Shown here in pieces: positions 8,409 through 17,340 of a stretch of DNA of 53,596 nt. The first letter of the stretch is position 1; the number at the start of each line of letters is the position of its first letter. A program made the translations under genes and the position numbers. Origin of the DNA: a virus. Taxonomy: Duplodnaviria > Caudoviricetes. The notes under the pieces were generated by a model. That model searched no databases. It saw only the letters and a list, made by a program, of their open reading frames with translations, and was not told where the DNA came from. The DNA lies in IMG/VR virus record IMGVR_UViG_3300025030_000023, positions 1 through 53,596 of that record, one strand, 5' to 3'.

Positions 8409-8657
8409 ATGAAGTGGATAAAAACAGCAGAACAGTTACCGGAGTTGGGCGAGTTGGTCGCAGTGATAAATGTTGATACTTTGCAGAACTCTCACACCGG
8501 CAACTATCCGGTAGGTAGGCTCGGCTACTTGGCAGAGTTTGGCGATAAATACTGGTCATGCTACGGGGAACGCGCCGACCGGCTGGAAGCCTACACCCAC
8601 TGGTGTGCTCTCCCTGCAATGCCCACAGAATTTACCAGCCAGTTTGACACTGAGTAA
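8409..8657 (+). CDS. DUF551-like protein
   Basis: MKWIKTAEQLPE...THWCALP. Confidence 0.8.
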   Translation: MKWIKTAEQLPELGELVAVINVDTLQNSHTGNYPVGRLGYLAEFGDKYWSCYGERADRLEAYTHWCALPAMPTEFTSQFDTE

Positions 8658-8711
8658 TCTAACCCCGTCTCCGGCTCCGCTGGAACGGGCAGCATAGGAT
8701 TAGAGGATAAT

Positions 8712-8827
8712 TCAAAGGCGTATCTGGAAAAGTTAAAAGCGTTCTAGAAGCGGGGTGAGTCAAAACCAGTGGTCAAACTAAAGATTCAGCATTACAGGTA
8801 TAATAAAGACTAGAGACAACGCGGCCC
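8712..8827 (+). repeat. 116-bp conserved element upstream of RepL-like gene 2
   Basis: Homologous to 3529-3644 (minus). Confidence 0.8.
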
Positions 8828-8862
8828 CTTTGTAACGATTGCAGATACTTAGGGGCCAGCTT

Positions 8863-8941
8863 TTTATCACCCGTGCGTACTTTCTTTATCACCCATGATA
8901 AAAAGCGTTGCAATGGTGATAAATAGGTAGTAATATGCTTC
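8863..8941 (+). promoter_or_regulatory. Iteron/operator repeats and promoter; probably leaderless mRNA
   Basis: TTTATCACCC at 8863 and 8885, inverted GGTGATAAA at 8915; TTGCAA-17-TAATAT-5 nt-ATG. Confidence 0.7.
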
Positions 8942-9388
8942 ATGCGTAATTCAAGACGAGTTTACAAATATTCAGGTTCAAAAGAGACAGTAGACGTGAA
9001 GACCGGAGAGGTCGAACGGGCAGTTTTAGTCAAACAGAAAATTCAAGATATTAACTTCATCAAAATCTTTTTACCAGAGAGGGGATATCGTATGTACCCA
9101 AAGGAAATGAACCAGTCGGCTAGGGACTTGCTCGATTACTTGTGTGTGGTGATGGATAAGCAAAACATCGCCATTGCACCAGTTGCCGAGATACAGGAGA
9201 GGATGGACCTTTCCACCGCATCCATTGCAAGGGCCAAGCTACAACTTATGGAAATGGATTTTATTCGCCAGCGTACTCCGCACGTTTATATGGTGAATCC
9301 CGGCCATGCCTGTAAATCAGCCGGCGACGATAGGCAAACCGTTTACGAAGCATATTCCATGCTACCCCATAAGCTCAAAGAGAAATGA
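8942..9388 (+). CDS. RepL-like winged-HTH protein 2
   Basis: VDVKTGEV, FIKIF, HTH, YMVNP. Confidence 0.75.
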   Translation: MRNSRRVYKYSGSKETVDVKTGEVERAVLVKQKIQDINFIKIFLPERGYRMYPKEMNQSARDLLDYLCVVMDKQNIAIAPVAEIQERMDLSTASIARAKLQLMEMDFIRQRTPHVYMVNPGHACKSAGDDRQTVYEAYSMLPHKLKEK

Positions 9389-10104
9389 ATGTCCTAGACC
9401 TGTTCAGTGGAATAGGGGGATTCTCGCTAGGGTTGGAACGGGCGGGGATGAAAACAGTGGCGTTTTGTGAGATAGAACCATATCCACAGGCGGTATTGAG
9501 AAAGAACTTTCCAGGAGTACCAATTTATGACGATGTGCGAACAATCTCAGCAGAGCGGCTGGCAACAGATGGAATTGGGCGCGTTGATCTTGTCTGCGGC
9601 GGTTTTCCCTGTCAGCCGTTTTCCAATGCTGGGAAGCGAAGAGGCAAAGATGATGACCGTTTCCTCTGGCCGGAAATGCTCCGCATTGTGCAGGAGTTCC
9701 AGCCCACTTGGGTCATTGGTGAAAATGTTGCTGGTTTCATCGACATGGCACTCTGCGATGTGTCATTTGACTTGGAAGCCGCAGGTTACGAAGTCCAATC
9801 GCTTGTTATTCCAGCTTGTGCCGTCGGACTCCCGCACCGGAGAGATCGTGTCTGGATTATGGCCCACAATCAGGAAAAGCGGCCAATCAAGGGCATGGAA
9901 AGCGTACCAAAGGGAAGACTACCACGGGAATTTGGAAGAGTGGATTTCAACTCGTGGGAAAACTGGCTGGATTCTACCGTTGTTACCACAGAATATGCAG
10001 GGATACCCCCTTGGTTGGGCGAGCTTGAGTGTTACGGAAATACCGTGACCCCGCTTATTCCTGAGATCATCGGTAACATCATTATGGAGATAGAAGGGTT
10101 CTGA
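9385..10104 (+). CDS. dcm: C5-cytosine DNA methyltransferase 2 (alpha chain)
   Basis: DLFSGIGG, GFPCQPFS, ENV, RDRVW, GNTVTP; motif IX absent. Confidence 0.92.
   Translation: MNVLDLFSGIGGFSLGLERAGMKTVAFCEIEPYPQAVLRKNFPGVPIYDDVRTISAERLATDGIGRVDLVCGGFPCQPFSNAGKRRGKDDDRFLWPEMLRIVQEFQPTWVIGENVAGFIDMALCDVSFDLEAAGYEVQSLVIPACAVGLPHRRDRVWIMAHNQEKRPIKGMESVPKGRLPREFGRVDFNSWENWLDSTVVTTEYAGIPPWLGELECYGNTVTPLIPEIIGNIIMEIEGF
9527..10048 (+). CDS. Nested out-of-frame beta subunit of methyltransferase 2
   Basis: 173-codon ORF; GLWPT and motif IX-like ILPLLPQNMQGYPLGW. Confidence 0.65.
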   Translation: MTMCEQSQQSGWQQMELGALILSAAVFPVSRFPMLGSEEAKMMTVSSGRKCSALCRSSSPLGSLVKMLLVSSTWHSAMCHLTWKPQVTKSNRLLFQLVPSDSRTGEIVSGLWPTIRKSGQSRAWKAYQREDYHGNLEEWISTRGKTGWILPLLPQNMQGYPLGWASLSVTEIP

Positions 10105-10216
10105 GTGCCTGTCCGCCACCCGCAGCGAGGAGACGCCGCCAGTGATCCAGCGCGACCCTACCCGTGAAAATGGCGACTCCGCAGAAGTGAAAAACGTAAT
10201 GTTTACAGCAGTTAAC
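10102..10216 (+). repeat. Dispersed element, subtype A
   Basis: TGAGTGCCTGTCC-N15-GAGACG-N13-AGCGCGACCCTACCCGTG...GAAGTGAAAAACGTAATGTTT...TAAC. Confidence 0.85.
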
Positions 10217-10235
10217 CAGCAGAGAGGGGGAGAGT

Positions 10236-10970
10236 ATGACAGATACGCCGATAGGACTAGCAAAAATGAGGGAGGCTTTTCTGCCGAATCAGATCAGCAA
10301 ACTTTGCCGGTCTACGAAGAAGGATAACCCTAAAGGAAGCTGCAACGTGTGCGGCGGCTATCACGGCAAACCATCCATCGCGCTTGACTACGTGGGCCAT
10401 GCGGCACTGACCGACAGGCTACTTGACTGCGACCCCCTTTGGACGTGGGAGCCGCTATCGCTGGACCCTACCGGCTCGCCACTTCTGGACCGTGACGGTG
10501 GCATGTGGATTAAGCTAACCGTGTGCGGGGTGACTCGCTTTGGCTACGGTGATGCACAAGGCAAGTCAGGCGGGGATGCCATGAAGGAGCGTATCGGTGA
10601 CGCTTTGCGGAATGCTGCAATGAGATTCGGCGCGGCTCTTGACCTCTGGCACAAGGGTGATCTTCACGTTGAGGAAGATGAGCCGAAAGCAAAGCCAGCA
10701 AAAGAACCAGTCAAGGCTAAAACGCTATCCGAGGACCAGATCAAATACTTCCCCCGCATCAAGGCCGCGCTAGATACCCTCCACGGCACCGATGTTGCGG
10801 CGAAGAAGGCAACCATTAAGGCTAACACCGCCATGCCCGCTAAAGACACGTATCCGCCGCGTGAGGGTGTAGAGGACTACCGCACACTTGACGGCAAACG
10901 GATTGAGTACTTGGCCCACGCATTAGAGGGGCTGGCGAAGAAGAAAGAAGCCAACAACCCGCCCGAATAG
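10236..10970 (+). CDS. Rad52/Sak-like single-strand annealing protein
   Basis: LDYVGHAALTDRL, LTVCGVTRFGYG, GDALRNAAMRFGAALDLW. Confidence 0.8.
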   Translation: MTDTPIGLAKMREAFLPNQISKLCRSTKKDNPKGSCNVCGGYHGKPSIALDYVGHAALTDRLLDCDPLWTWEPLSLDPTGSPLLDRDGGMWIKLTVCGVTRFGYGDAQGKSGGDAMKERIGDALRNAAMRFGAALDLWHKGDLHVEEDEPKAKPAKEPVKAKTLSEDQIKYFPRIKAALDTLHGTDVAAKKATIKANTAMPAKDTYPPREGVEDYRTLDGKRIEYLAHALEGLAKKKEANNPPE

Positions 10971-10988
10971 GGCCACGGAGGGAAGGGG

Positions 10989-11252
10989 ATGAAACCGTCA
11001 GACTTCACAAAGACGCCGATTGCAGAGGCAACGCAGATACCAACTAAGGGCCAGTTTGTCCAGATACTCCGCGACCGCTTTTGGGCCGTGTCAGAGGACG
11101 ATTGCATACTCACCTACAAGGGAAGCAGCCCCCAATGTAATGATAACGAGGGAATCGTGGAGCGGATCATAAAAGGCGACCACCACCCCGGCGTCAAGGT
11201 CCAGTTTATTCCTCTAGTGTTCTTGCCACACGACTGCCGCGACTACGTTTAA
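10989..11252 (+). CDS. Hypothetical protein
   Basis: RBS; operon context. Confidence 0.65.
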   Translation: MKPSDFTKTPIAEATQIPTKGQFVQILRDRFWAVSEDDCILTYKGSSPQCNDNEGIVERIIKGDHHPGVKVQFIPLVFLPHDCRDYV

Positions 11253-11323
11253 GGAGACCCCATGACCACCCAAGAGATAGCCACACAGGACGGAGAGCAA
11301 ACATTCTATTATCAGGAGGAAAC

Positions 11324-12061
11324 ATGCAAACACCGCAGGAGAGAGCCAAGGAACTAGCCGTAGCACATTGGTATGGATATGTAGAGGACACCGTCTCAGT
11401 ACACATGCCCGACCGCAACCGCACATACACTAGAGACGAGGTGCTGGCTATCGCAAAACACCACTACATCAGCGCATCGTGCCACGGATACAAGCACGCC
11501 ATTTCCGACGAACGTGCAGGCATCTTCCGCCCCCGTATCGGGGAACTGTCGGCGGTAGAGGTGGAGGCGATCGGCGGGGAGGTGGGCTTATGCGGGATGT
11601 GTAGGTCAGACCACTGCGAGGACTCCTACCCTACTGAGACATCATGTTCCAGTTATGTCCCGGCTATCGAAAGCCTCGCCCCTCTCGACCTCTCCCTCCC
11701 CTCTATCACGTTGCCAGGAACGGAGCATGATGTGTGGGCCAAATACCATGAAGAACTAGAAGAGTGTCGCAGAGAGCGCCCGTATTCTATGGGTTTTCTA
11801 GTGGAACGCTGGGACGTGCTACAGGCGCTTCAAACTCACAAGGAACGCGGGGGGCATAGCCCTGAAACTTATGCCACCGTTGCGCGGGATCTGGAAGACA
11901 TGCACGCAGGTGGTATGCCAGTTATGGAGGCGAAGCGGCAGATGATTTTGAAGAACGCCACCCGTATGCGGCCTACTGTCGGAGGTGAATGTACCGGCTA
12001 CTACGCCCCCGAAGTCTGCGCCCGTATCCTCGCCACCTCCGGCGCATCCTTCACCCCATGA
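11324..12061 (+). CDS. Hypothetical protein
   Basis: AGGAGG RBS; 245 codons. Confidence 0.7.
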   Translation: MQTPQERAKELAVAHWYGYVEDTVSVHMPDRNRTYTRDEVLAIAKHHYISASCHGYKHAISDERAGIFRPRIGELSAVEVEAIGGEVGLCGMCRSDHCEDSYPTETSCSSYVPAIESLAPLDLSLPSITLPGTEHDVWAKYHEELEECRRERPYSMGFLVERWDVLQALQTHKERGGHSPETYATVARDLEDMHAGGMPVMEAKRQMILKNATRMRPTVGGECTGYYAPEVCARILATSGASFTP

Positions 12062-12213
12062 GCAAGCCAACAGGGACGTGGCAACCCACCGCCTGCGCCG
12101 ATTGCCGCGTCCCTTTCACCACTAAGAGCGTCTACGTGGCCGACTCTGGCGCAGATGGCAAATTCGATTTCTATTGCTGGCGATGCTGGCTGAAAAGGAG
12201 GGGGTATGAGTAA
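12058..12213 (+). CDS. Small Zn-finger protein
   Basis: CADC...CWRC; ATGA coupling. Confidence 0.5.
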   Translation: MSKPTGTWQPTACADCRVPFTTKSVYVADSGADGKFDFYCWRCWLKRRGYE

Positions 12214-12583
12214 GGAGCCGCAGCACCCAACGCTGTATATCCGGACCATTTCCGATGGTGGCAAAGTGACATATCGGGAATATTCTGGGGCCGTCGCTGT
12301 TGTTGACCACACACCGAAGATTGCCGAAGACCTCAAGGCATCAGAGTTCGACGCAGCCGAGACAATCACATGGGCTGTGGCCCTCGCCATGACTCAACTG
12401 ATGATCTTGCGGAAACAGTTACCAGAACACGCGAGAAACGCCCGTAAGATCAAAGCGGTCGAAGAGTCTATCTACGACCTTGCCAAAGGCCACGGTAAGC
12501 CGCTGTCGGATGAAATGGTTGATTACGTGATAGGATGCTGGAATTCCACTATGCAACGCGTGCAAGCGGGGTTAGAGCCATGA
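12206..12583 (+). CDS. Hypothetical protein
   Basis: AGGAGG RBS. Confidence 0.7.
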   Translation: MSKEPQHPTLYIRTISDGGKVTYREYSGAVAVVDHTPKIAEDLKASEFDAAETITWAVALAMTQLMILRKQLPEHARNARKIKAVEESIYDLAKGHGKPLSDEMVDYVIGCWNSTMQRVQAGLEP

Positions 12584-13146
12584 GCCTCGCCGCCACCATC
12601 TGCCCATCTTGCCAGAAGAACCCCCGCCCCTTTGGTCGCCAAAAGTGTGACCCGTGCGTTGAGGCTGCAAAGGTCGCCAGGGTAGCCAAGTACAACGAGT
12701 TGAAGCGGCAACAGCGTGCCTCCGCTGGTCCAAGGATGGAGCCTTGCCGATGCGGGTGTGGCGTCATGGTCGCATACCCTTACAGATACACGGTGGAGTG
12801 CGGAGAAACCGCGAAGGGTGCCAGGGCGAGGGCCAAGGCAAAGGAGTCGAAAAATGCGCGGCTGTCTTGCCCCAAGGTTGCCAAAGAGGATATTGCCCCG
12901 CCGCCCTTGGTGACCGACGAAGAGCAGACCGCAATCAATGAGGAGTCGCTACGCCGCGAAGCCGCGAGGGTAGACCGCATCTATCGGGAAATGGGACTTA
13001 CCTCCGCCAAGGGGCGTCAACTGGCATCCGAACCGCGCAGCCTCGCCCCTGAGGAGATAACCGCCATAGCGCACACCATCAAACCCCCGCGCCACTATCG
13101 GGATACGCTGGCGCCGTATGCGGTGGGGTGTCAGGCGGGGAGATAA
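12580..13146 (+). CDS. Cys-rich hypothetical protein
   Basis: CPSC, CDPC, CRCGCG; ATGA coupling. Confidence 0.65.
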   Translation: MSLAATICPSCQKNPRPFGRQKCDPCVEAAKVARVAKYNELKRQQRASAGPRMEPCRCGCGVMVAYPYRYTVECGETAKGARARAKAKESKNARLSCPKVAKEDIAPPPLVTDEEQTAINEESLRREAARVDRIYREMGLTSAKGRQLASEPRSLAPEEITAIAHTIKPPRHYRDTLAPYAVGCQAGR

Positions 13147-13165
13147 TATTGCCATAGGAGGGCAA

Positions 13166-13372
13166 ATGTCCAAGCAGAAAGAACACCCCATCCTCAACCA
13201 TCCCCGCACCGCTGGCCGCTGTCCCAAGTGTAACCACCGGAGCGGCTACCAGCCGCAGTGCGGCCCCATGCCCCCCGGCGAACACTGTCCCGTTTGCGGC
13301 TGGCACGACTTCGATATGGTGGCCATGAAAGAGCCGGATTGGGACGCGATGCCGGATACGAGGAGGGGATAG
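13166..13372 (+). CDS. Small Zn-ribbon protein
   Basis: CPKC...CPVCG; RBS. Confidence 0.6.
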   Translation: MSKQKEHPILNHPRTAGRCPKCNHRSGYQPQCGPMPPGEHCPVCGWHDFDMVAMKEPDWDAMPDTRRG

Positions 13373-13375
13373 TTG

Positions 13376-13549
13376 TTGACAGTACCGGCGAAATGGGATA
13401 GTGTCGCCCCACAATTTGATAGTGATTCGTCGGCCATGGCGAATTGCTCACGATAGTCCTCCCCCTCTTAACTTCTAGCCGTCGTTGCGCGGGGGAGGAT
13501 GAACAGCCCACACCCAGGATGGCCCCTGAGTGTGGGCGTTTTTTATTTT
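13376..13549 (+). ncRNA. Promoter plus three-hairpin leader ending in an intrinsic terminator (kissing-loop leader 1)
   Basis: TTGACA-17-TAGTGT; loops GGCCAT (13432) and ATGGCC (13519); T-tract follows. Confidence 0.7.
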
Positions 13550-13559
13550 GGAGGGGTGG

Positions 13560-14945
13560 ATGGAGTACAACGAGTTTCTGCAAACAAAACTCATAACATC
13601 AGCACCATCTGGATTTGACATTGATCGGGGCAGTTTACCGGCTCAGTTGTATGAATACCAGAAAGATTTGGTGCAGTGGTCGTGCAAGAGAGGTAAAGCC
13701 GCACTGTTTACCATGACTGGCACCGGCAAAACTGCCATGCAGGTGTCATGGGCTGATGAGGTGGTCAAGCACACTGGCGGCAAGGTTCTGGTGCTGGCAC
13801 CTTTAGCCGTATCGAAGCAGACCGTCAACGAGTCGCTGAAATTCGGCGTAAATGTTCAGATATGCCGGTTTTCGGATGATCTGACTGACGGCAACAACAT
13901 ATCCAACTACGAGAAACTGCACCATTTCGACCCTGCCGATTTTGTCGGCATTGTGCTTGATGAGAGCTCCATCATCAAAGCCCAAGACGGCAAAACCCGG
14001 CAAGCTATCATCGAGTTCGCACAGCGGATACCCTACCGGCTTGCTTGCACCGCTACCCCCTCGCCCAACGATTACATGGAGCTTGGCAACCATGCCGAGT
14101 TCTTGGGGATTATGAGCTACACCGAAATGCTCGCCACGTACTTTGTGCATGACGGCGGAGAAACTGCCAAGTGGCGGCTTAAAGGCCACGCAGAAGAGAG
14201 ATTTTGGGAATGGCTCGCGTCGTGGGGTGTGTTCCTTACCAAGCCGTCCGACCTTGGATACTCGGATGAAGGATTTGACCTCCCACCGCTTTGCACCCAT
14301 CAACACGTGGTGGCGTCGGCTCCCACGGAAGGAAGCCTTTTTGTGGTGGAAGCATCCAGTCTCACCGAACGGCGCGCAGCAAGGAAGGAGTCGCTTGAAC
14401 GGAGGGTGGCAAAATGCGCCGAGATTGTCGCGCAAAGCCGCAAGCCTTTTCTGGTATGGTGTGGGCTTAATGCGGAGTCGGAAATGCTTAAGGCCGCTAT
14501 TCCCGGCGCGGTAGAAGTGACCGGCAGCGACAGCGACGAACACAAAGAGAAGTCCATGCTTGATTTTGCCGCTGGCAATATTGACGTGATGATTTCGAAG
14601 TCTTCGATCTGTGGTTTCGGCATGAACTGGCAGGTTTGCGCAGATACCGCGTTCGTCGGCATGTCGGACTCTTTCGAGGCTCTGTTCCAGTCTACCAAGC
14701 GTTTTCACCGTCACGGCCAGACCCGCGAAGTCAACCGGCATCTGATAATCAGCGAAGCCGAAGGATCGGTGTTAAACAACGTCAAGCGCAAGGAAAAAGA
14801 GTTTGAAACCATGATTGCTCACATGGTTGAACATACCAAGAAAATGAGCATTGCCAACATTCGCAGTCTTACCAATCAGAAGGATTCTTACAGAGCAGAG
14901 GATGATATTATCATCCCGGCATGGCTCAAAGAGGGAGGGTATTAA
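13560..14945 (+). CDS. SNF2-like SF2 helicase
   Basis: TGTGKT, LDESS, TATP, GMNWQ, HRHGQ. Confidence 0.9.
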   Translation: MEYNEFLQTKLITSAPSGFDIDRGSLPAQLYEYQKDLVQWSCKRGKAALFTMTGTGKTAMQVSWADEVVKHTGGKVLVLAPLAVSKQTVNESLKFGVNVQICRFSDDLTDGNNISNYEKLHHFDPADFVGIVLDESSIIKAQDGKTRQAIIEFAQRIPYRLACTATPSPNDYMELGNHAEFLGIMSYTEMLATYFVHDGGETAKWRLKGHAEERFWEWLASWGVFLTKPSDLGYSDEGFDLPPLCTHQHVVASAPTEGSLFVVEASSLTERRAARKESLERRVAKCAEIVAQSRKPFLVWCGLNAESEMLKAAIPGAVEVTGSDSDEHKEKSMLDFAAGNIDVMISKSSICGFGMNWQVCADTAFVGMSDSFEALFQSTKRFHRHGQTREVNRHLIISEAEGSVLNNVKRKEKEFETMIAHMVEHTKKMSIANIRSLTNQKDSYRAEDDIIIPAWLKEGGY

Positions 14946-14946
14946 C

Positions 14947-15186
14947 GTGGAAATCAAGATTCCCGGGTGGGTCGGCAATGGCAAATCCAATACTCCGGTG
15001 CCAGTCAAAGAACAGCCGAAGAAAAAGGATCGCGTCCCGCACCGCATCACATTGCAAAGGGTTAAGTTGGAGTGGGAGGCTTGCACTATCATAGATGCTT
15101 TTGACCCCGATATGGTTGACTGGCTCATATCCAGAGTCGAAACACTTGAGCGGAGACTCGCAAAACACAGGGGTCAAGAATCATAG
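14947..15186 (+). CDS. Hypothetical protein
   Basis: GTG after GGAGGG. Confidence 0.55.
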   Translation: MEIKIPGWVGNGKSNTPVPVKEQPKKKDRVPHRITLQRVKLEWEACTIIDAFDPDMVDWLISRVETLERRLAKHRGQES

Positions 15187-15243
15187 ATTTGCCTTGCTCT
15201 ATTCGGGTTCGTATAGTATATTCATGGCAAGGAGGGTTTACCC

Positions 15244-15798
15244 ATGGTTATAAAATACGAGTTCGATTGCAAGGTTTGCGGCAAGCACGTAGTGAAGTCG
15301 AGGGCAGAATGGCAGACACCTCCGACATTTTGCAGCAATGAGTGCAAGTTCAAGGGGCAAGTTGGGAAAGAGCGCAAGAAAATTATCAACACTGATTTTG
15401 CATGTCTTTATTGCGGCAAGCACGTCATTGGATACCGTGGGCCTCAATACCTAGCCAAGTACGGCCAACCACAATTTTGCAGCGCTCAATGCTTGGGTGC
15501 TTCACGCCGTGGGGCAAATAACCCAAACTACAAAGAAGGTGTCCGCAAGATGAAGGGAGGATATATCGGCATACATGTGCCCGATCATCCGGCAGCAATC
15601 GCAGACGGTACGGTGCCAGAACATAGGCTAGTCATGGAAAAGCACCTTGGCCGGTATCTCGCGGATGAAGAGATAGTACATCACGATGACGAAAATAGGT
15701 CTAATAACAAAATAGAGAACTTGGTTCTTTGCGCGAATCAATCTGAGCATTCCAAATTACATCGTCACGGGGGGCGGCATTATGAAAAAAAACACTAG
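15244..15798 (+). CDS. HNH homing endonuclease with N-terminal Zn fingers
   Basis: EHRLVMEKHLGR...VHHDDENRSNNKIENL; FCS repeats. Confidence 0.88.
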   Translation: MVIKYEFDCKVCGKHVVKSRAEWQTPPTFCSNECKFKGQVGKERKKIINTDFACLYCGKHVIGYRGPQYLAKYGQPQFCSAQCLGASRRGANNPNYKEGVRKMKGGYIGIHVPDHPAAIADGTVPEHRLVMEKHLGRYLADEEIVHHDDENRSNNKIENLVLCANQSEHSKLHRHGGRHYEKKH

Positions 15799-16714
15799 CA
15801 TTATGGATCAAGAGGTTAACGATAAGTTCGCAGTGTATCATGCCGACTGTGTGGAGGTGGCAAAATCAATTCCTACAAATTCCATTCACTATTCCATATC
15901 ATCAATTCCATTCGCATCGTTGTACACATACAGTAACAGTTGCCGCGATTTAGGAAATTGCCGCACCTACTCCGAGTTCGGCGACCACTTCGCGTTCATG
16001 GTGAAGGAGTGGCACCGCGTCATGATGCCGGGGCGTCTGGTGTCGATCCACTGCATGAACCTGCCAACTAGCAAGCAGCATCACGGCTATATCGGGCTGC
16101 AAGACTTTCGTGGAGATATCATCCGGTGGTTTCAGTCCGAAGGGTTTATCTATCACTCGGAGGTCTGCATCTGGAAAGATCCTGTAGTCGCCATGCAGCG
16201 AACCAAGGCACTCGGTCTGCTGCACAAGCAGATCAAGAAGAACAGCGCCATGAGCCGCCAGGGAATACCCGACTACCTTATCACGTTCCGCAAGCCCGGC
16301 GACAACCCCGAGCCTGTTACCCATACCAATGAGTCATTCCCTGTCCAGATGTGGCAGAGGTACGCCGATCCGGTATGGGTAACAACCAACCAGATAGAAG
16401 AAGATGGTTTCTTCAAGCTTACCCAAGACATCAACCCAAGCGACACTTTGCAGAAACAATCGGCCCGTGACCATAAAGACGAGCGCCACATTTGCCCTTT
16501 GCAGCTCAAAGTCATTGAAAGGGGTATCAAACTATGGAGCAACCCCGGCGACGTGGTGTATGATCCATTTGGGGGCATCGGCAGCACTGGCTATGTGGCA
16601 CTCAAGAACCAACGGCGAGCAGTTATGTCGGAGCTGAAAGAAAGCTACTTCAAGCAGCTCGCTCTTAATTGCCAGTCAGCGGTTGACCACAGAGACAGTA
16701 TGCTGCTTTTCTAG
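15782..16714 (+). CDS. N4-C/N6-A DNA methyltransferase (beta class)
   Basis: SSIPF catalytic-motif variant, HICPLQ, DPFGGIGSTG. Confidence 0.88.
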   Translation: MKKNTSIMDQEVNDKFAVYHADCVEVAKSIPTNSIHYSISSIPFASLYTYSNSCRDLGNCRTYSEFGDHFAFMVKEWHRVMMPGRLVSIHCMNLPTSKQHHGYIGLQDFRGDIIRWFQSEGFIYHSEVCIWKDPVVAMQRTKALGLLHKQIKKNSAMSRQGIPDYLITFRKPGDNPEPVTHTNESFPVQMWQRYADPVWVTTNQIEEDGFFKLTQDINPSDTLQKQSARDHKDERHICPLQLKVIERGIKLWSNPGDVVYDPFGGIGSTGYVALKNQRRAVMSELKESYFKQLALNCQSAVDHRDSMLLF

Positions 16715-16727
16715 CCCCACTTCCCCC

Positions 16728-16912
16728 TTGACACTCATTAGCAAAACTGCTAGGGTGGGGGTACAACTGAATACCAGATACACATCGTGCGAGGATGTGT
16801 TATCATAGAAATTCGTAGGCTCTCCCCCTTACCAAATGAGGGGTGCGGGTCTGCGAGACACTAGACCCCCCGTTCGACAGCTCGCACCTGTCGGCGGGGG
16901 TCTTTTTATTTT
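16728..16912 (+). ncRNA. Promoter plus three-hairpin leader ending in an intrinsic terminator (kissing-loop leader 2)
   Basis: TTGACA-17-TAGGGT; loops GTGCGAG (16787) and CTCGCAC (16881); T-tract follows. Confidence 0.72.
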
Positions 16913-16940
16913 GTGCTATGTAGTTGCAAAGGAGCGGCAA

Positions 16941-17291
16941 ATGGGACTACCTTGGTATGCTTTTTACCCTGGCGATTATGCAAGGGATACGGCAGACCTT
17001 TCACTTCTTGAGCATGGTGCTTACCGTTTACTCCTCGATTTCTACTATTCCACGTGCAGTTTTTTACCCGATACCTACGAACCTAACTACCGGATATGCA
17101 AGGCATATACGTCGGAAGAAAAGAAAGCAGTCAAGAAAATACTCCAAAAATATTTCGTGAAAGGTGGCGGCAACTTTAGACATTTACGCGCCGACATTGA
17201 GATAAACAAGCAGATGGAGAAAAGTGCTAGAGCCGCACAGAAAGCCACTGAAGCTGCTAAAAAGCGGTGGGAAAATGAAAGAAGCAAGTGA
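16941..17291 (+). CDS. DUF1376/YdaU replication initiator, N-terminal domain only
   Basis: PWYAFYPGDYARDTADLSLLEHGAYRLLLDFYY...AAKKRW. Confidence 0.85.
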   Translation: MGLPWYAFYPGDYARDTADLSLLEHGAYRLLLDFYYSTCSFLPDTYEPNYRICKAYTSEEKKAVKKILQKYFVKGGGNFRHLRADIEINKQMEKSARAAQKATEAAKKRWENERSK

Positions 17292-17340
17292 TGCTTGGAG
17301 CAATGCTTGTGGCATGCTTGGAGCAATGCTTGAGCAATGC
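17291..17340. repeat. Iterons, putative replication origin
   Basis: ATGCTTGGAGCAATGCTTG twice (17291, 17314), ATGCTTG four times; AT-rich tract follows. Confidence 0.75.

Noticed and set aside
8657-8704. Additional attC site starting ATCTAAC
   Set aside because: No matching GTT core or L-box pair with an extrahelical base
13803-14741. Long antisense ORFs (also 40587-41270, 43684-44463 and others)
   Set aside because: Shadows of well-supported genes on the opposite strand with no motifs of their own
17291-17340. CRISPR mini-array
   Set aside because: Repeats are contiguous without unique spacers; the context fits iterons
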